Shown here in pieces: positions 20,101-28,950 of a DNA stretch of 64,000 nt (position 1 is the stretch's first letter; each line of letters begins with the position of its first letter). The stretch is from a virus: IMG/VR virus record IMGVR_UViG_3300033141_003544, positions 1-64,000 of that record. One strand, written 5' to 3'. The notes beneath the pieces were generated by a model, which did no database searches, had not been told where the DNA came from, and was given only the letters and a program-made list of their open reading frames with translations. A program made the position numbers and the translations under genes.

Positions 20101-21368
20101 TATCAAAATTAGCTCAAATAAGTGATCATGTAATGGGTTTTGATGGGGATGTGTTCTATTTTATACCAAAAGAATTCACAGGACCCACTCAATTCGATTT
20201 TGTTAATGACAGTGAAAGTCAAAGAAATATAAGTATAACTGTAAAAGAGAATAGATCCGAAATATATAACAAGGTTGAAATTGTACCTTATACAGTTAGT
20301 TTAAAACCTCCTACCTATAAAATGGAACTGGTAACAAGATATGGGGATACCCCAAATATTGATATTACATTAGACCAAAGAGATAATAGAAGAAAAACTA
20401 TTCAAATGGTTTGTGTTTTAGGAGGTAGAATTAGTCAAGGAAATACTAATTCAGTCTACCAAGGGGGAATATCAACTGGTATAGTATGGAAGTATGTTAT
20501 ATATGATAGGATAATTGAAACCTCATTAAAAGCTGCTCTTACGGCCCCAGAGGCTACTGATACAACCACTTTGACTATAAATGAGGGTTTACTTGATATA
20601 GGAACAAGTGATACCTTAGAAGTATATACTGTCCATAGTGGGATGCAAACAAAAGCTGTATATTTTGTTACTAGACCTCCTACAGATGCTGAAATTGTTG
20701 CAGGTACAGTTCAAATAAATAATGGGGATGGTATAACAGGGGGTTATAATGAAGCATTATCTACTGCAGGAACATATCAACCTGCAAGTTATCCTATAAA
20801 CAGTCTGGTTAAGATTATAAAAATAAGAGATTGGAGTGATGTATCAGATAATACAGATTTATTCATTGTTTCCACCCATGATATTTATTATGAAATCGGG
20901 AATACAAACATATATATAAAATTTAAGGATGAGAATGCTTTAACTGTTGACGAAACTGAATTTTTCTCTGGTGATTTATTAACAATTGAAGCTCCTGGAT
21001 TAGTTGCTGAAAAGAATGAATCTGCTAGACAAATAGCAGTTAACATGTTAAGTGTTGACCAATATCGAAAAAACCCATTCCCAAGTATAGAAAATAGATT
21101 TATTAATTATAAAATAGCTAGGGAACTGTGTGAGAAGATTTTGAGTGAATATGCTTGGCCAAAATACGATATTGAACTTAGAACAAGAATTTATCCTTTT
21201 ATAAAATTTATAAGTGATGGAAAGTATCTTAGTTTATTTAGTATAGTTAGTCCTTTTTTGTTTCCGTTAAGTCAAGGAAATAGAAGAAAAGGTTACCTCA
21301 AAAGGATCACACATAATTTACTTGCTGGGGAGTCAGAATTTACATTCAGGGATGCAGATCATTATTAA
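17124..21368 (+). CDS. baseplate hub/central tail protein
   Basis: 1414 aa, last tail gene; WEGLSKLAQ..MGFDGDVFYF, EIYNKVEI, ENRFI...ARELCEKIL hub-type motifs. Confidence 0.7.
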   Translation: MNMAIDTNIIDIFDQPNLSFEIRLYIEDSGNEDRDPEYVDFTNRLAYKGKDLLKRLGSITQSAEGKSGTASFTCSINNIEVDNSDGFWNKPIERGPGGLIRRNYPTILTTVNGNVAYFTLTKNYTQNVWHKHKVKLVIFAMGNNGMVYEDDLIVAVINDITRSDNRDRASISLWSMSMPLKKLDVSTVRDGLSWWNNKPISFLVRKLLEKEYGTIPDNFVLPDLISIPTSKRLDRRYGEARVLSQYGRPPEYNLESEVWENLGLTCRAIEKWQWNEEGPNGNITSGKVLIESNNATEIKCEMGVKSGASGLLPRAGDVLTILQDDTYGNTGSYTIRSITEGSAVGLDTVELETPLTGLANDNNKLPFVINRIYTGCDNQLWEYLPDRDVYNKIADVFTDDSFYIRRLWYNPNDNCIWGAAWQDPSDYGYVDTDNNIIPDSRKDIRLKIFYYDGSSTTITNTIDDVFIGDFLYRDSRSHIHYKYPVWACTIGNYEDSAGTFADTAENVVLPFRQGIVPCNIAGSDKDVEDGGKIGGVGYAYGPEPHQWNEGGWGQIHVHGLNTTAANAKPHTINGFAGGMGVIEEIHALWNDTEYTTPRQDNTDLPADYYTVKEYYNLLDFNAPGQAEPEPESIWCRTTLGQTGFCVFNKNGGSVDSNGVIWIFKLIYDDNHVDGMLKLYTIGLTSPYTVTQQTGTITGSGNLVNKDDGTGETHIYYDEDTNGWEYSDMQSIQPLCGCPPPNDEEGCVFSYISWSGVDTHPNPVGNPTPTGVTGIIQFQVDSNRITLFESPHNTSRDGFYTPLEMVPVHSSSNTYISVSGFIRSKLGTNEAYALSKFLWDSYNSTAPSKVYRTRPPMRLVGNHETRLKDVDSSNATEIVYFVEGGSGALCTYNVTDYSISVKDYGAPIVDGEVYCGSNIIVDKITRTRDENDDSADDRKIYFNETVWGVSSSTPMQEAMVEPPSGKFYLWKFDCYMSGRIELANFEGMNAWEGLSKLAQISDHVMGFDGDVFYFIPKEFTGPTQFDFVNDSESQRNISITVKENRSEIYNKVEIVPYTVSLKPPTYKMELVTRYGDTPNIDITLDQRDNRRKTIQMVCVLGGRISQGNTNSVYQGGISTGIVWKYVIYDRIIETSLKAALTAPEATDTTTLTINEGLLDIGTSDTLEVYTVHSGMQTKAVYFVTRPPTDAEIVAGTVQINNGDGITGGYNEALSTAGTYQPASYPINSLVKIIKIRDWSDVSDNTDLFIVSTHDIYYEIGNTNIYIKFKDENALTVDETEFFSGDLLTIEAPGLVAEKNESARQIAVNMLSVDQYRKNPFPSIENRFINYKIARELCEKILSEYAWPKYDIELRTRIYPFIKFISDGKYLSLFSIVSPFLFPLSQGNRRKGYLKRITHNLLAGESEFTFRDADHY

Positions 21369-21373
21369 TTTGG

Positions 21374-21402
21374 TTTACTTTAGTTTTGTATGGAGATATA
21401 TT
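21374..21402 (+). promoter_or_regulatory. sigma70-like promoter
   Basis: TTTACT-17 nt-TATATT followed by AATAATATAA. Confidence 0.55.
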
Positions 21403-21418
21403 AATAATATAAAAAAGG

Positions 21419-22747
21419 GTGATTATGTCTATTGTATTTTCAAAATTGTGGAAAGAGCAAGGGCCTTTTGCTATAGATTTATTTGAAAAAGGCTATAACT
21501 GTTTAAATATAACAAAAATATTAAATGAAAAAAGAGAAACAGAATCCACTATTACCTATGGTCAGGTTAAGGGTTTTATCGGTCGTTATAAGAAAAACAA
21601 AGAAAGAATACTATTAGCTCTCGAAATTCCCCTGTCAAAATATAATATTGAGCCTAAGGTTGATGATATATCAACTCCAGAAATTGAACGTTTAAAAGAA
21701 TCTAATCAAAGATTAATACTTGCCAATGCGAACTTAACAAAAAAATTATTAAATAAACAAGCGGGTATTGATACTCTTGTACAGGCTATGCTTATTCAAA
21801 TTGATAAAATGAAATTCTACCCTCTTTCCAGAAATGAACTATCCAAACCTATAAAATCAAAAAGAAATTTAACTATGGAACAGTTACTTTCTGACATACA
21901 TTGGGGAGAGAAAGTTGATTCCATAGAGACTATGGGTTTGGGTCATTATGACGCTGCTGAAGCTGAACGTAGGATGAATAAACTTAGAGATAAAGTAATT
22001 CAATTTAAAAGAGAAGACGAAGAAAGCCATGGGCTTAATCATTTAGTACTCTATATGGTTGGGGATATCGTTGAAGGTACAGGGACCTTTGCTAAACAGA
22101 TTTGGAATGTGGATTTAAATGAATTAGAGCAAATTTTTTCTGCAGCGGACTATTTAGGAAGCATGATTAGATACTATAGAACTATATTTCAAAGTGTAAC
22201 GGTCTATTGTATACCTGGTAACCATAGAAATAATCCAAAAAACGATCAAAGCCATTGGTCTTGGGTTCCCGACTACCTTGTTTATGAAACCCTCAAACGT
22301 TCTGTTTCTAATCTTCAAAATGTTGATGTTTTTATTTCTTCTTCTCCAAAAATGGTGGTACAAAGAGGTAGTAAAATTGTAGTATTAGGTCACGGAAATG
22401 ATGCTATTAGATATCAAGGTGTACCTTACTATGGGATTGATAGAGTATTTAGAAGATTACCTAATCTTTTCGGTATTATTCCAGATTATTTTCTTATAGG
22501 TCACTTTCATGAGGCTTCTGATTTGAGAGGGGAAGTTATTATCAACGGGTGTGTACCTGGAGGTAGTGATTTAGCAATTACAAAATTGAATATAACTTCA
22601 AGAGCGGAACAAAAAGTCTGGTATTTTGACGATGAACATGGTATTAATAGAATGATAAACGTTTATTTGTCCGACAAAGTTGTATTAGAAAAAGATGAAC
22701 ACAATATATATACTCCACACGATCGTTTATTAAAGGACTATAAATGA
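21419..22747 (+). CDS. calcineurin-like metallophosphoesterase/nuclease with N-terminal HTH/coiled coil
   Basis: SDIHWG, GDIVEG, GNH, GHG, GHFH motifs. Confidence 0.85.
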   Translation: MIMSIVFSKLWKEQGPFAIDLFEKGYNCLNITKILNEKRETESTITYGQVKGFIGRYKKNKERILLALEIPLSKYNIEPKVDDISTPEIERLKESNQRLILANANLTKKLLNKQAGIDTLVQAMLIQIDKMKFYPLSRNELSKPIKSKRNLTMEQLLSDIHWGEKVDSIETMGLGHYDAAEAERRMNKLRDKVIQFKREDEESHGLNHLVLYMVGDIVEGTGTFAKQIWNVDLNELEQIFSAADYLGSMIRYYRTIFQSVTVYCIPGNHRNNPKNDQSHWSWVPDYLVYETLKRSVSNLQNVDVFISSSPKMVVQRGSKIVVLGHGNDAIRYQGVPYYGIDRVFRRLPNLFGIIPDYFLIGHFHEASDLRGEVIINGCVPGGSDLAITKLNITSRAEQKVWYFDDEHGINRMINVYLSDKVVLEKDEHNIYTPHDRLLKDYK

Positions 22748-23109
22748 AAAACCTGTATTATAAATCTGTATATTTAAGTTATCCTTATAGAAGGGATCCT
22801 GAGGGTAATCGAGAAAGAATAATTAAAGTTTCTCAAATTATACATAATAAATATCCAGATTTGATATTAGTTATCCCACATTTGTTTTTATATTATTTTA
22901 CTAATGATGGTTCAGGCGATGCGATGAATCAATGTTTAGGACTAGTTAGCCTCTGTGATGAATTATGGATATGTAATAATAAGTTAACTAGTGGAATGAT
23001 TCAAGAGTATGAGTTGGCTAATAAATTAAATAAAGTTATATCCACTTATACAGATTTAATTAACATTAAAGGATTATACCAGTTGGAGGGTTTACAATCA
23101 CAGGCTTGA
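22744..23109 (+). CDS. DUF4406/DUF1937-like protein (nucleoside 2-deoxyribosyltransferase-like fold)
   Basis: VYLSYPY, IPHL, CDELWI, SGMIQEYELA. Confidence 0.7.
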   Translation: MKNLYYKSVYLSYPYRRDPEGNRERIIKVSQIIHNKYPDLILVIPHLFLYYFTNDGSGDAMNQCLGLVSLCDELWICNNKLTSGMIQEYELANKLNKVISTYTDLINIKGLYQLEGLQSQA

Positions 23110-23831
23110 TAAGATTCCGCAATGAGAGTTTAATATTAGAGAGTACCTTAAAGCATATGTTAAGTTTCTGTGATAGGGTGGTGGGTTTTGATGATGCTTC
23201 CACAGACAACTCCCTTGAGATAGCACAATCTTTTTATAATGTAACAATGATTGGAGAAGCCAATTGGAACCCCAATCAAACCTATGTTCAGTCAATCCAA
23301 CGAACTAGACTTTTTAATTATGCTAGAGATTTAACAAAGGACGATTATTATATATACATGGATGCAGATGAAATTATAGACTTAACTACAATAGATTGGG
23401 AATTACTTGATGAATCTTTTGGTAATGGTAGACTCCGTTTATTTGATGCTTATTTAACTGCAGATGATTGTAAAGAATATAAAAAAGGTTCTTTATTTAA
23501 CTTAAGAAAAAATTTTGGACCTGAATATAGAGATATTTTATTCTTTTTTAATAGGAACGCTATTTGGAGTCCAAATATTCCTACACTAAGACAACCATAT
23601 CCAGATACAATACCCAATATTATAGGGTTTGTACAACACTATGGAAAAGCTTTGTCTATCGAACATTGGGAAAAAACATGTGACTATTATATAAAATATT
23701 TACCTGTTTATAAGGAAAAATGGTTAAAAAGAAAAGGTAAAGCTATCCATATTTTAAGCGATTTTGATAATAAATTATATACTTGGAATGAACTAATAAA
23801 CAATAAGTCACTACAAATAGCAATTAACTAA
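23106..23831 (+). CDS. glycosyltransferase family 2 (GT-A)
   Basis: RNE, FDDASTDNS, YMDADE (DxD), QHYG. Confidence 0.85.
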   Translation: MIRFRNESLILESTLKHMLSFCDRVVGFDDASTDNSLEIAQSFYNVTMIGEANWNPNQTYVQSIQRTRLFNYARDLTKDDYYIYMDADEIIDLTTIDWELLDESFGNGRLRLFDAYLTADDCKEYKKGSLFNLRKNFGPEYRDILFFFNRNAIWSPNIPTLRQPYPDTIPNIIGFVQHYGKALSIEHWEKTCDYYIKYLPVYKEKWLKRKGKAIHILSDFDNKLYTWNELINNKSLQIAIN

Positions 23832-24644
23832 CTCCTTTAATTGTTTCCACCTATTTGTATAAGTTTCATTAGGGTATACTAATTTATACCCATTCTTCCC
23901 TATCTCAAGAGCTTCGTTATAATTATTTAAATAATAGTATATTTTATCTCTCAACTCTTTTTTACTGTCATACATAATACAATTTTCACCATCTATATAT
24001 GAGTAACCTTCTATTTTTGAAGTTACCAACGGCATACCCATACCCAAAACTTCTACGTTCCTCATATTCATCCAATTTCTTTTAACATTATGATTAAAAG
24101 CTAATTTACCTTTTTGAATTTCTAACCAAGCTTTAGATAGATATGAATTCTTCGCTATATGAGTTTTAAAATTTGTTAATAAAAAAAGAATATATTCTTT
24201 CCGTTCTTTGTACATTTCTTTCCCGTATTTTCCTATAAATGAAATATCATAAGGGGTTTCTCTATTGATAAGAATTGGTTTAAATATCCTATGATCATAA
24301 GCGTGTTCAAAAAGGTGTGTATTTTTATTTATTTTTTTAAATGTTTTTAAAGTTCTTTTTTGGGACACTAAAACCATATCAAAATTTTTGCAATATTCCA
24401 AATGGTGTTTAAGTTGAGTATTTATATTAGTAGCCCAATATATTTTTGGAGTTTTGGTTTTAGAGATATCAGGGTAAAAACCAGTAGTTGGAACTAATAT
24501 AAAATCTATTCCAAATTCTTTTATAGTTTTTTGATTTGAATAAAAAGTTATAAGTTTATCATTTGTTTTTTCTATAACTTCTTTTAATCTTATACAGGGG
24601 GTATAATCTTTAGTGTCTGATTTTATAGTCATTAATACCTTCAT
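23811..24644 (-). CDS. glycosyltransferase (GT-B, CgeB/Glyco_trans_1_2-like)
   Basis: DISFIG, NMRNVEVLGMG, KIYYYLNN..EALEIGKNGY..TYTNR. Confidence 0.8.
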   Translation of the reverse strand: MKVLMTIKSDTKDYTPCIRLKEVIEKTNDKLITFYSNQKTIKEFGIDFILVPTTGFYPDISKTKTPKIYWATNINTQLKHHLEYCKNFDMVLVSQKRTLKTFKKINKNTHLFEHAYDHRIFKPILINRETPYDISFIGKYGKEMYKERKEYILFLLTNFKTHIAKNSYLSKAWLEIQKGKLAFNHNVKRNWMNMRNVEVLGMGMPLVTSKIEGYSYIDGENCIMYDSKKELRDKIYYYLNNYNEALEIGKNGYKLVYPNETYTNRWKQLKELVNCYL

Positions 24645-25348
24645 AGTACCCTTGATATGTCTTTAAAAGTAACAAATTCTATATTATTATGAGATTTGAT
24701 ATATTTTACTATTGTTTCTAAATTTCTTATTAATATCTTAGATTGACTAATATGTAATAAAAAACCTATAATTGAAGATGGATAATAGAGTTTATCAAAT
24801 GTATAACATAACTCATCTATGGGAGTAAATTTTAGTGGTTTATATCTTTCAAGAAAATTAATTTGAGGTGATATATCTATAAAATTATAAGAATTATAAT
24901 AGGTTATCTGTTCTTGCGAGAAAACCTCAAAATTTAATTCTTCACAAACTTTTAATGTATTTCCATTGAATGAATTAAATGGAGGACTAAAAGCTTTAAA
25001 AAAATGCTCTTTAAATCTTGATTTCATTATTTGAAACCCTGTATAAATATCATTATACTGTTCCTGATATGATCGTCCCTTCCCAAACTCATATGTGTCA
25101 TAGGGTGCACCTGAATAATTATTATGATTATAGCCATGCTGACATATACAAATTAAATTATTAAACTCTGGATTATTTTTTAGGGTGTTTATATAATCTA
25201 CTAGTATAGAGTTAATAGATGCAGGAATTATTTGAAGACATATAGGCAGTCTATTTTCTAAAAAATAAGATATAATGTTTTTTATATCTTGATTTGAATT
25301 AGCTACATCATCAAGTCTAAAATATACTTTTATTGTTTCTTTTTCCAT
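24641..25348 (-). CDS. polysaccharide deacetylase-family protein (CE4/DUF2334-like)
   Basis: FRLDD, QHGYNH, FSPPFN, LLH. Confidence 0.8.
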   Translation of the reverse strand: MEKETIKVYFRLDDVANSNQDIKNIISYFLENRLPICLQIIPASINSILVDYINTLKNNPEFNNLICICQHGYNHNNYSGAPYDTYEFGKGRSYQEQYNDIYTGFQIMKSRFKEHFFKAFSPPFNSFNGNTLKVCEELNFEVFSQEQITYYNSYNFIDISPQINFLERYKPLKFTPIDELCYTFDKLYYPSSIIGFLLHISQSKILIRNLETIVKYIKSHNNIEFVTFKDISRVL

Positions 25349-26367
25349 TTTATAATCTCTTTGTAGAAATTAATCAATTTATCTATTTCATCTTCGATTG
25401 TTGAAACCTTTTTAATTATTTGGATCTTCTTTAGTTTATCTATACTATTTACAATATCCTCTACACTATTATACAGTATTCCCACATTATTAGTACTAAT
25501 GTAATTATTTAATTCTTGTAAATCTACGGATATTATTGGTAGTTTAGCTGCAAGATATTCAAAAAGTTTATGTGGCATCATACTATCGAGATGTCTTATA
25601 TTAAATTGATTACGTCTAAAAGGTATAATTCCAAAATCATATTGACTAATCTCATGTATAAGACTATCTGGATGGACAGGATTATAGCAATGGACTTTAG
25701 GATTCGATTTAAATTTATTTTTATAAGGTTGAATACATTTTAAACTCACTGGATAAATGTGTATATGAAATTCTTTCTTGCTTAATTCTTCAAAAATGGA
25801 TAAGAAATTCCTATGAGTTTTCCCATGACTAAGACTGCCAATATAAACAATGTGTATTTTTCCATCAACATTAGATAGTTTTGGTTTGAAAGTTTTAGGT
25901 ATTGCATCTTTTAAGATGTAATTAGGGAATATAAGAGATCTTCTAATATCAATATTATATAACCTAATTGCCTCTTCCATTTGTAAAGTTGATACATATA
26001 TTCTACCATCTGCGTATATATTGGCTCTTTTTTCAAGATAAGATCGAATTTTAATTTGTGATTTAAAACCCCGTAATGAAACTAAATCGTGACAGTCATG
26101 TATAACTGGTACTTTTTCATTGAAACATTTTGTAGTAATTAAATCAGGTTCATTATGACAATGAATGATATCATAATCTCTTAATAAACTTTGTAATTGT
26201 TGAACTGAATCAATATGGATAATTTGATGATATATATTACTATCAAGAGCTTCAGTATTTTCCATGGAATGACAAGCTAATGATACCTTTATGTCTTTTT
26301 CTTTTAAGGCTTTTGCTAACTTGTAATTACGGATGCATGGAACTTCTTGTGTAAATAATATTTTCAT
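25330..26367 (-). CDS. glycosyltransferase (GT-B, GT4-like)
   Basis: IIHCHNEPD, VIHDCHD, VYIGSL, PHKLFEYLAAKLPII. Confidence 0.85.
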   Translation of the reverse strand: MKILFTQEVPCIRNYKLAKALKEKDIKVSLACHSMENTEALDSNIYHQIIHIDSVQQLQSLLRDYDIIHCHNEPDLITTKCFNEKVPVIHDCHDLVSLRGFKSQIKIRSYLEKRANIYADGRIYVSTLQMEEAIRLYNIDIRRSLIFPNYILKDAIPKTFKPKLSNVDGKIHIVYIGSLSHGKTHRNFLSIFEELSKKEFHIHIYPVSLKCIQPYKNKFKSNPKVHCYNPVHPDSLIHEISQYDFGIIPFRRNQFNIRHLDSMMPHKLFEYLAAKLPIISVDLQELNNYISTNNVGILYNSVEDIVNSIDKLKKIQIIKKVSTIEDEIDKLINFYKEIIKWKKKQ

Positions 26368-27191
26368 AAGTCTTTTATAAAATCTTCTAATTTTTCTTTC
26401 ATTTTTTCGATAGTAAAATTTTTTTGATAATATTTAGATGCTTTGTAGTAAGGGTCCGTTATTGTTATTAATTTAGAAAGGTTTTCTTTTAGTTCTTCAT
26501 AATTTCGTATTATAATACAATAAGGATGTGGAATAGTATGGATAACCCTTCTACCACATTGAATCATCTCCATCATAGACTGAGAAAAAGCATCATGTTT
26601 TGGGAGTCTGAGGTAAATAGAAGTATTCAAATATAATCTTAACTTTTCAATACCACTCACCCATCCGTGATTATAAATATTTGGTGGTACTTCTCCGGGC
26701 AATGTGTCTTTTCTCCCATAAATATGAAACGGTAAATTTGGGAAATCTTTAGCTAATTGAACAATCCAAGAATACCTAAAAAAGTCTTCACGTCTATCTG
26801 GGATATAAGATAGTATTGCAGGATAATAAGGTAAAGGGAAAATAGGATAAGAGTCGGGGGCTATTGTAATAATTTTTGCATCAATATTATAGTTTTCTTT
26901 TAATTCTTGTCTTAACAATTCTGATTCACATATATGTTTAATATTTTTAGGGATATTAACCCCTTTACAACTTAAAACATCTGTACCTATCCACCAAAAA
27001 ATTATATTTGTATCTTTTAACTTTTCAAGTTTTTTTATCCAACCCTTCGTTACTCCCAATAATATAAAACACTTCCCACTTCGCAATTTAGTTTTCTTGT
27101 TAATAATATATTTTAAATTTAATTTTTTTGCTAACCCTATAGTATGATATATTGTACCACCTCCTATTAAGGTAACATTATTAAATATCAT
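26364..27191 (-). CDS. glycosyltransferase (GT-B)
   Basis: WWIGTDV, NHGWV, LRLPKHDAFSQSMMEMIQCGRRVI. Confidence 0.75.
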   Translation of the reverse strand: MIFNNVTLIGGGTIYHTIGLAKKLNLKYIINKKTKLRSGKCFILLGVTKGWIKKLEKLKDTNIIFWWIGTDVLSCKGVNIPKNIKHICESELLRQELKENYNIDAKIITIAPDSYPIFPLPYYPAILSYIPDRREDFFRYSWIVQLAKDFPNLPFHIYGRKDTLPGEVPPNIYNHGWVSGIEKLRLYLNTSIYLRLPKHDAFSQSMMEMIQCGRRVIHTIPHPYCIIIRNYEELKENLSKLITITDPYYKASKYYQKNFTIEKMKEKLEDFIKDL

Positions 27192-27206
27192 CTTTAATCC
27201 GCCATT

Positions 27207-27821
27207 TTATTTTACAATCCTGAGTTTAAAAAAACCAATACCTTTCAATAGAAGATTTTCAAAAATTTGATATTTCTCTATTATAAAATTATACTTAACT
27301 GCTAAAAAGTTTATTTTTTCTACATCAATTGCATGTGTATGCGAACTAACAACTCTGTCGTTTAACATTGTAATAATTAATAATATACCATTACTCTCTA
27401 AAACTCTATAGATTTCACTAAAAGTCTTATTTAAATCCAAAACATTGTCAAGTACAGCATAAGCTAATACAATATTAAAAAAGTTATCTATAAAAGGTAT
27501 ACTTTCTGCAGTTGCTTTTAAACGTAGTCCGGTATTTCTTTTTAATAGTGGGTCAATACCCCAGTAAGTTATACCTTTTAATGTTATACCCATTTCTCTT
27601 AGATTTGTAATAGTGTTATATTTTTTGTCAGTCCCACAACCGATATCTAAGATTCTGGGTTTTGAAAAAGAATTTATTGCGTCTATAGTTACTTTTTTAT
27701 AAAGTTGGACGACTTTCTTATAACATCTGTCTTTGTTTGGAGTTTTTTGCCATTCGACAAAACTATCCAACGCTTCCTTCCATTGTTTTTTTGTAACTTT
27801 CAATTCACTGTCAGTATACAT
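27207..27821 (-). CDS. class I SAM-dependent methyltransferase
   Basis: ILDIGCG, GID, AESIPF.DN.F, EIYRVL..NG. Confidence 0.85.
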   Translation of the reverse strand: MYTDSELKVTKKQWKEALDSFVEWQKTPNKDRCYKKVVQLYKKVTIDAINSFSKPRILDIGCGTDKKYNTITNLREMGITLKGITYWGIDPLLKRNTGLRLKATAESIPFIDNFFNIVLAYAVLDNVLDLNKTFSEIYRVLESNGILLIITMLNDRVVSSHTHAIDVEKINFLAVKYNFIIEKYQIFENLLLKGIGFFKLRIVK

Positions 27822-28803
27822 CTGTCTTTCTCAAATTCCGACAATAATGTCTTTTAATATAATCTATATTACTATATTTTGATTTTGATGGATTTACCAT
27901 CTTATTTTTGATAGCTCTTTCTATTTCAACAATACCTTGAAAGTAACTTGCTTTATAACTAGAATGATGACCATTGTAAAATTTTTTAGAGGATACTCGA
28001 TAATCCCTTTGATCTATCTTTTCTATATTAGTCTCTATTTCAGTTGGATCTGATAAACTGTCTTGTATTGATAAAGCTAATTCACTAATACTACTATTTA
28101 ATCCAGCTATGTTATATAATCTTTTTTTAAAATCTCCTCTTGTTAATATTAATAAAATGGCATTAACAACATCAGATATGTGGATAAATGGTCTATATTG
28201 TTGTCCACCAAAGATTGACATTTTTTGATTTAATACTGCTTGTGATACTAACTTATTGAAAATAGTATCAAAACGGGGACGATATGAGATCCCATATACA
28301 GTTCCCAATCTCAAAATTATAATATTCTCTAAAAACTGATTTATATATTTTTCTACTTCATACCTTGATTTAGCATAAACGGAGATTGGGTTTACCGGAC
28401 TGTCTTCATCTACAATAGACTCACTATAACCATAAAGTGAACATGAACTAATAAAAATATGTTTAACTTTGAGAGGTGACATATTTATTATCTCTAATAC
28501 AGAAACAGTATTAATTTCATTTACTATATTTTTATTTATATATTCACATACAGGATCTCCAACTAATGCGGCAAGATGTATTATTATATCACACTCTTCG
28601 ATATAAGGACGTAATTTATCATAATCCAATATATCACCTTTTACAAAAGTAAACCTATTTCTGGGTAAACTAAGAAAATGTAATATATTTTGATTATACA
28701 GCAATGAATCATAAACTGTAACATTATAATCTTCTTTTACAAGTTTATGGGTTAACATTGAACCTATATAACCGGCCCCTCCTGTAATTAAGATTTTATA
28801 CAT
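27811..28803 (-). CDS. NAD-dependent epimerase/dehydratase (extended SDR)
   Basis: TGGAGYIG, HLAALVG, SSCSLYG, YAKSR (YxxxK variant), RPFIHISD. Confidence 0.9.
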   Translation of the reverse strand: MYKILITGGAGYIGSMLTHKLVKEDYNVTVYDSLLYNQNILHFLSLPRNRFTFVKGDILDYDKLRPYIEECDIIIHLAALVGDPVCEYINKNIVNEINTVSVLEIINMSPLKVKHIFISSCSLYGYSESIVDEDSPVNPISVYAKSRYEVEKYINQFLENIIILRLGTVYGISYRPRFDTIFNKLVSQAVLNQKMSIFGGQQYRPFIHISDVVNAILLILTRGDFKKRLYNIAGLNSSISELALSIQDSLSDPTEIETNIEKIDQRDYRVSSKKFYNGHHSSYKASYFQGIVEIERAIKNKMVNPSKSKYSNIDYIKRHYCRNLRKTDVY

Positions 28804-28950
28804 TTTATTCCTTTGAAAAATTGTTATTGAATTATATAAAAATTTTTTGTTTTTAGATACCTATGGGCAATTTTAGGACAATATATAATATCAATTGATT
28901 GTTTATATATAATCAATTTTTAGTGTTTTCTAAAAATTATCTCTAACAGT

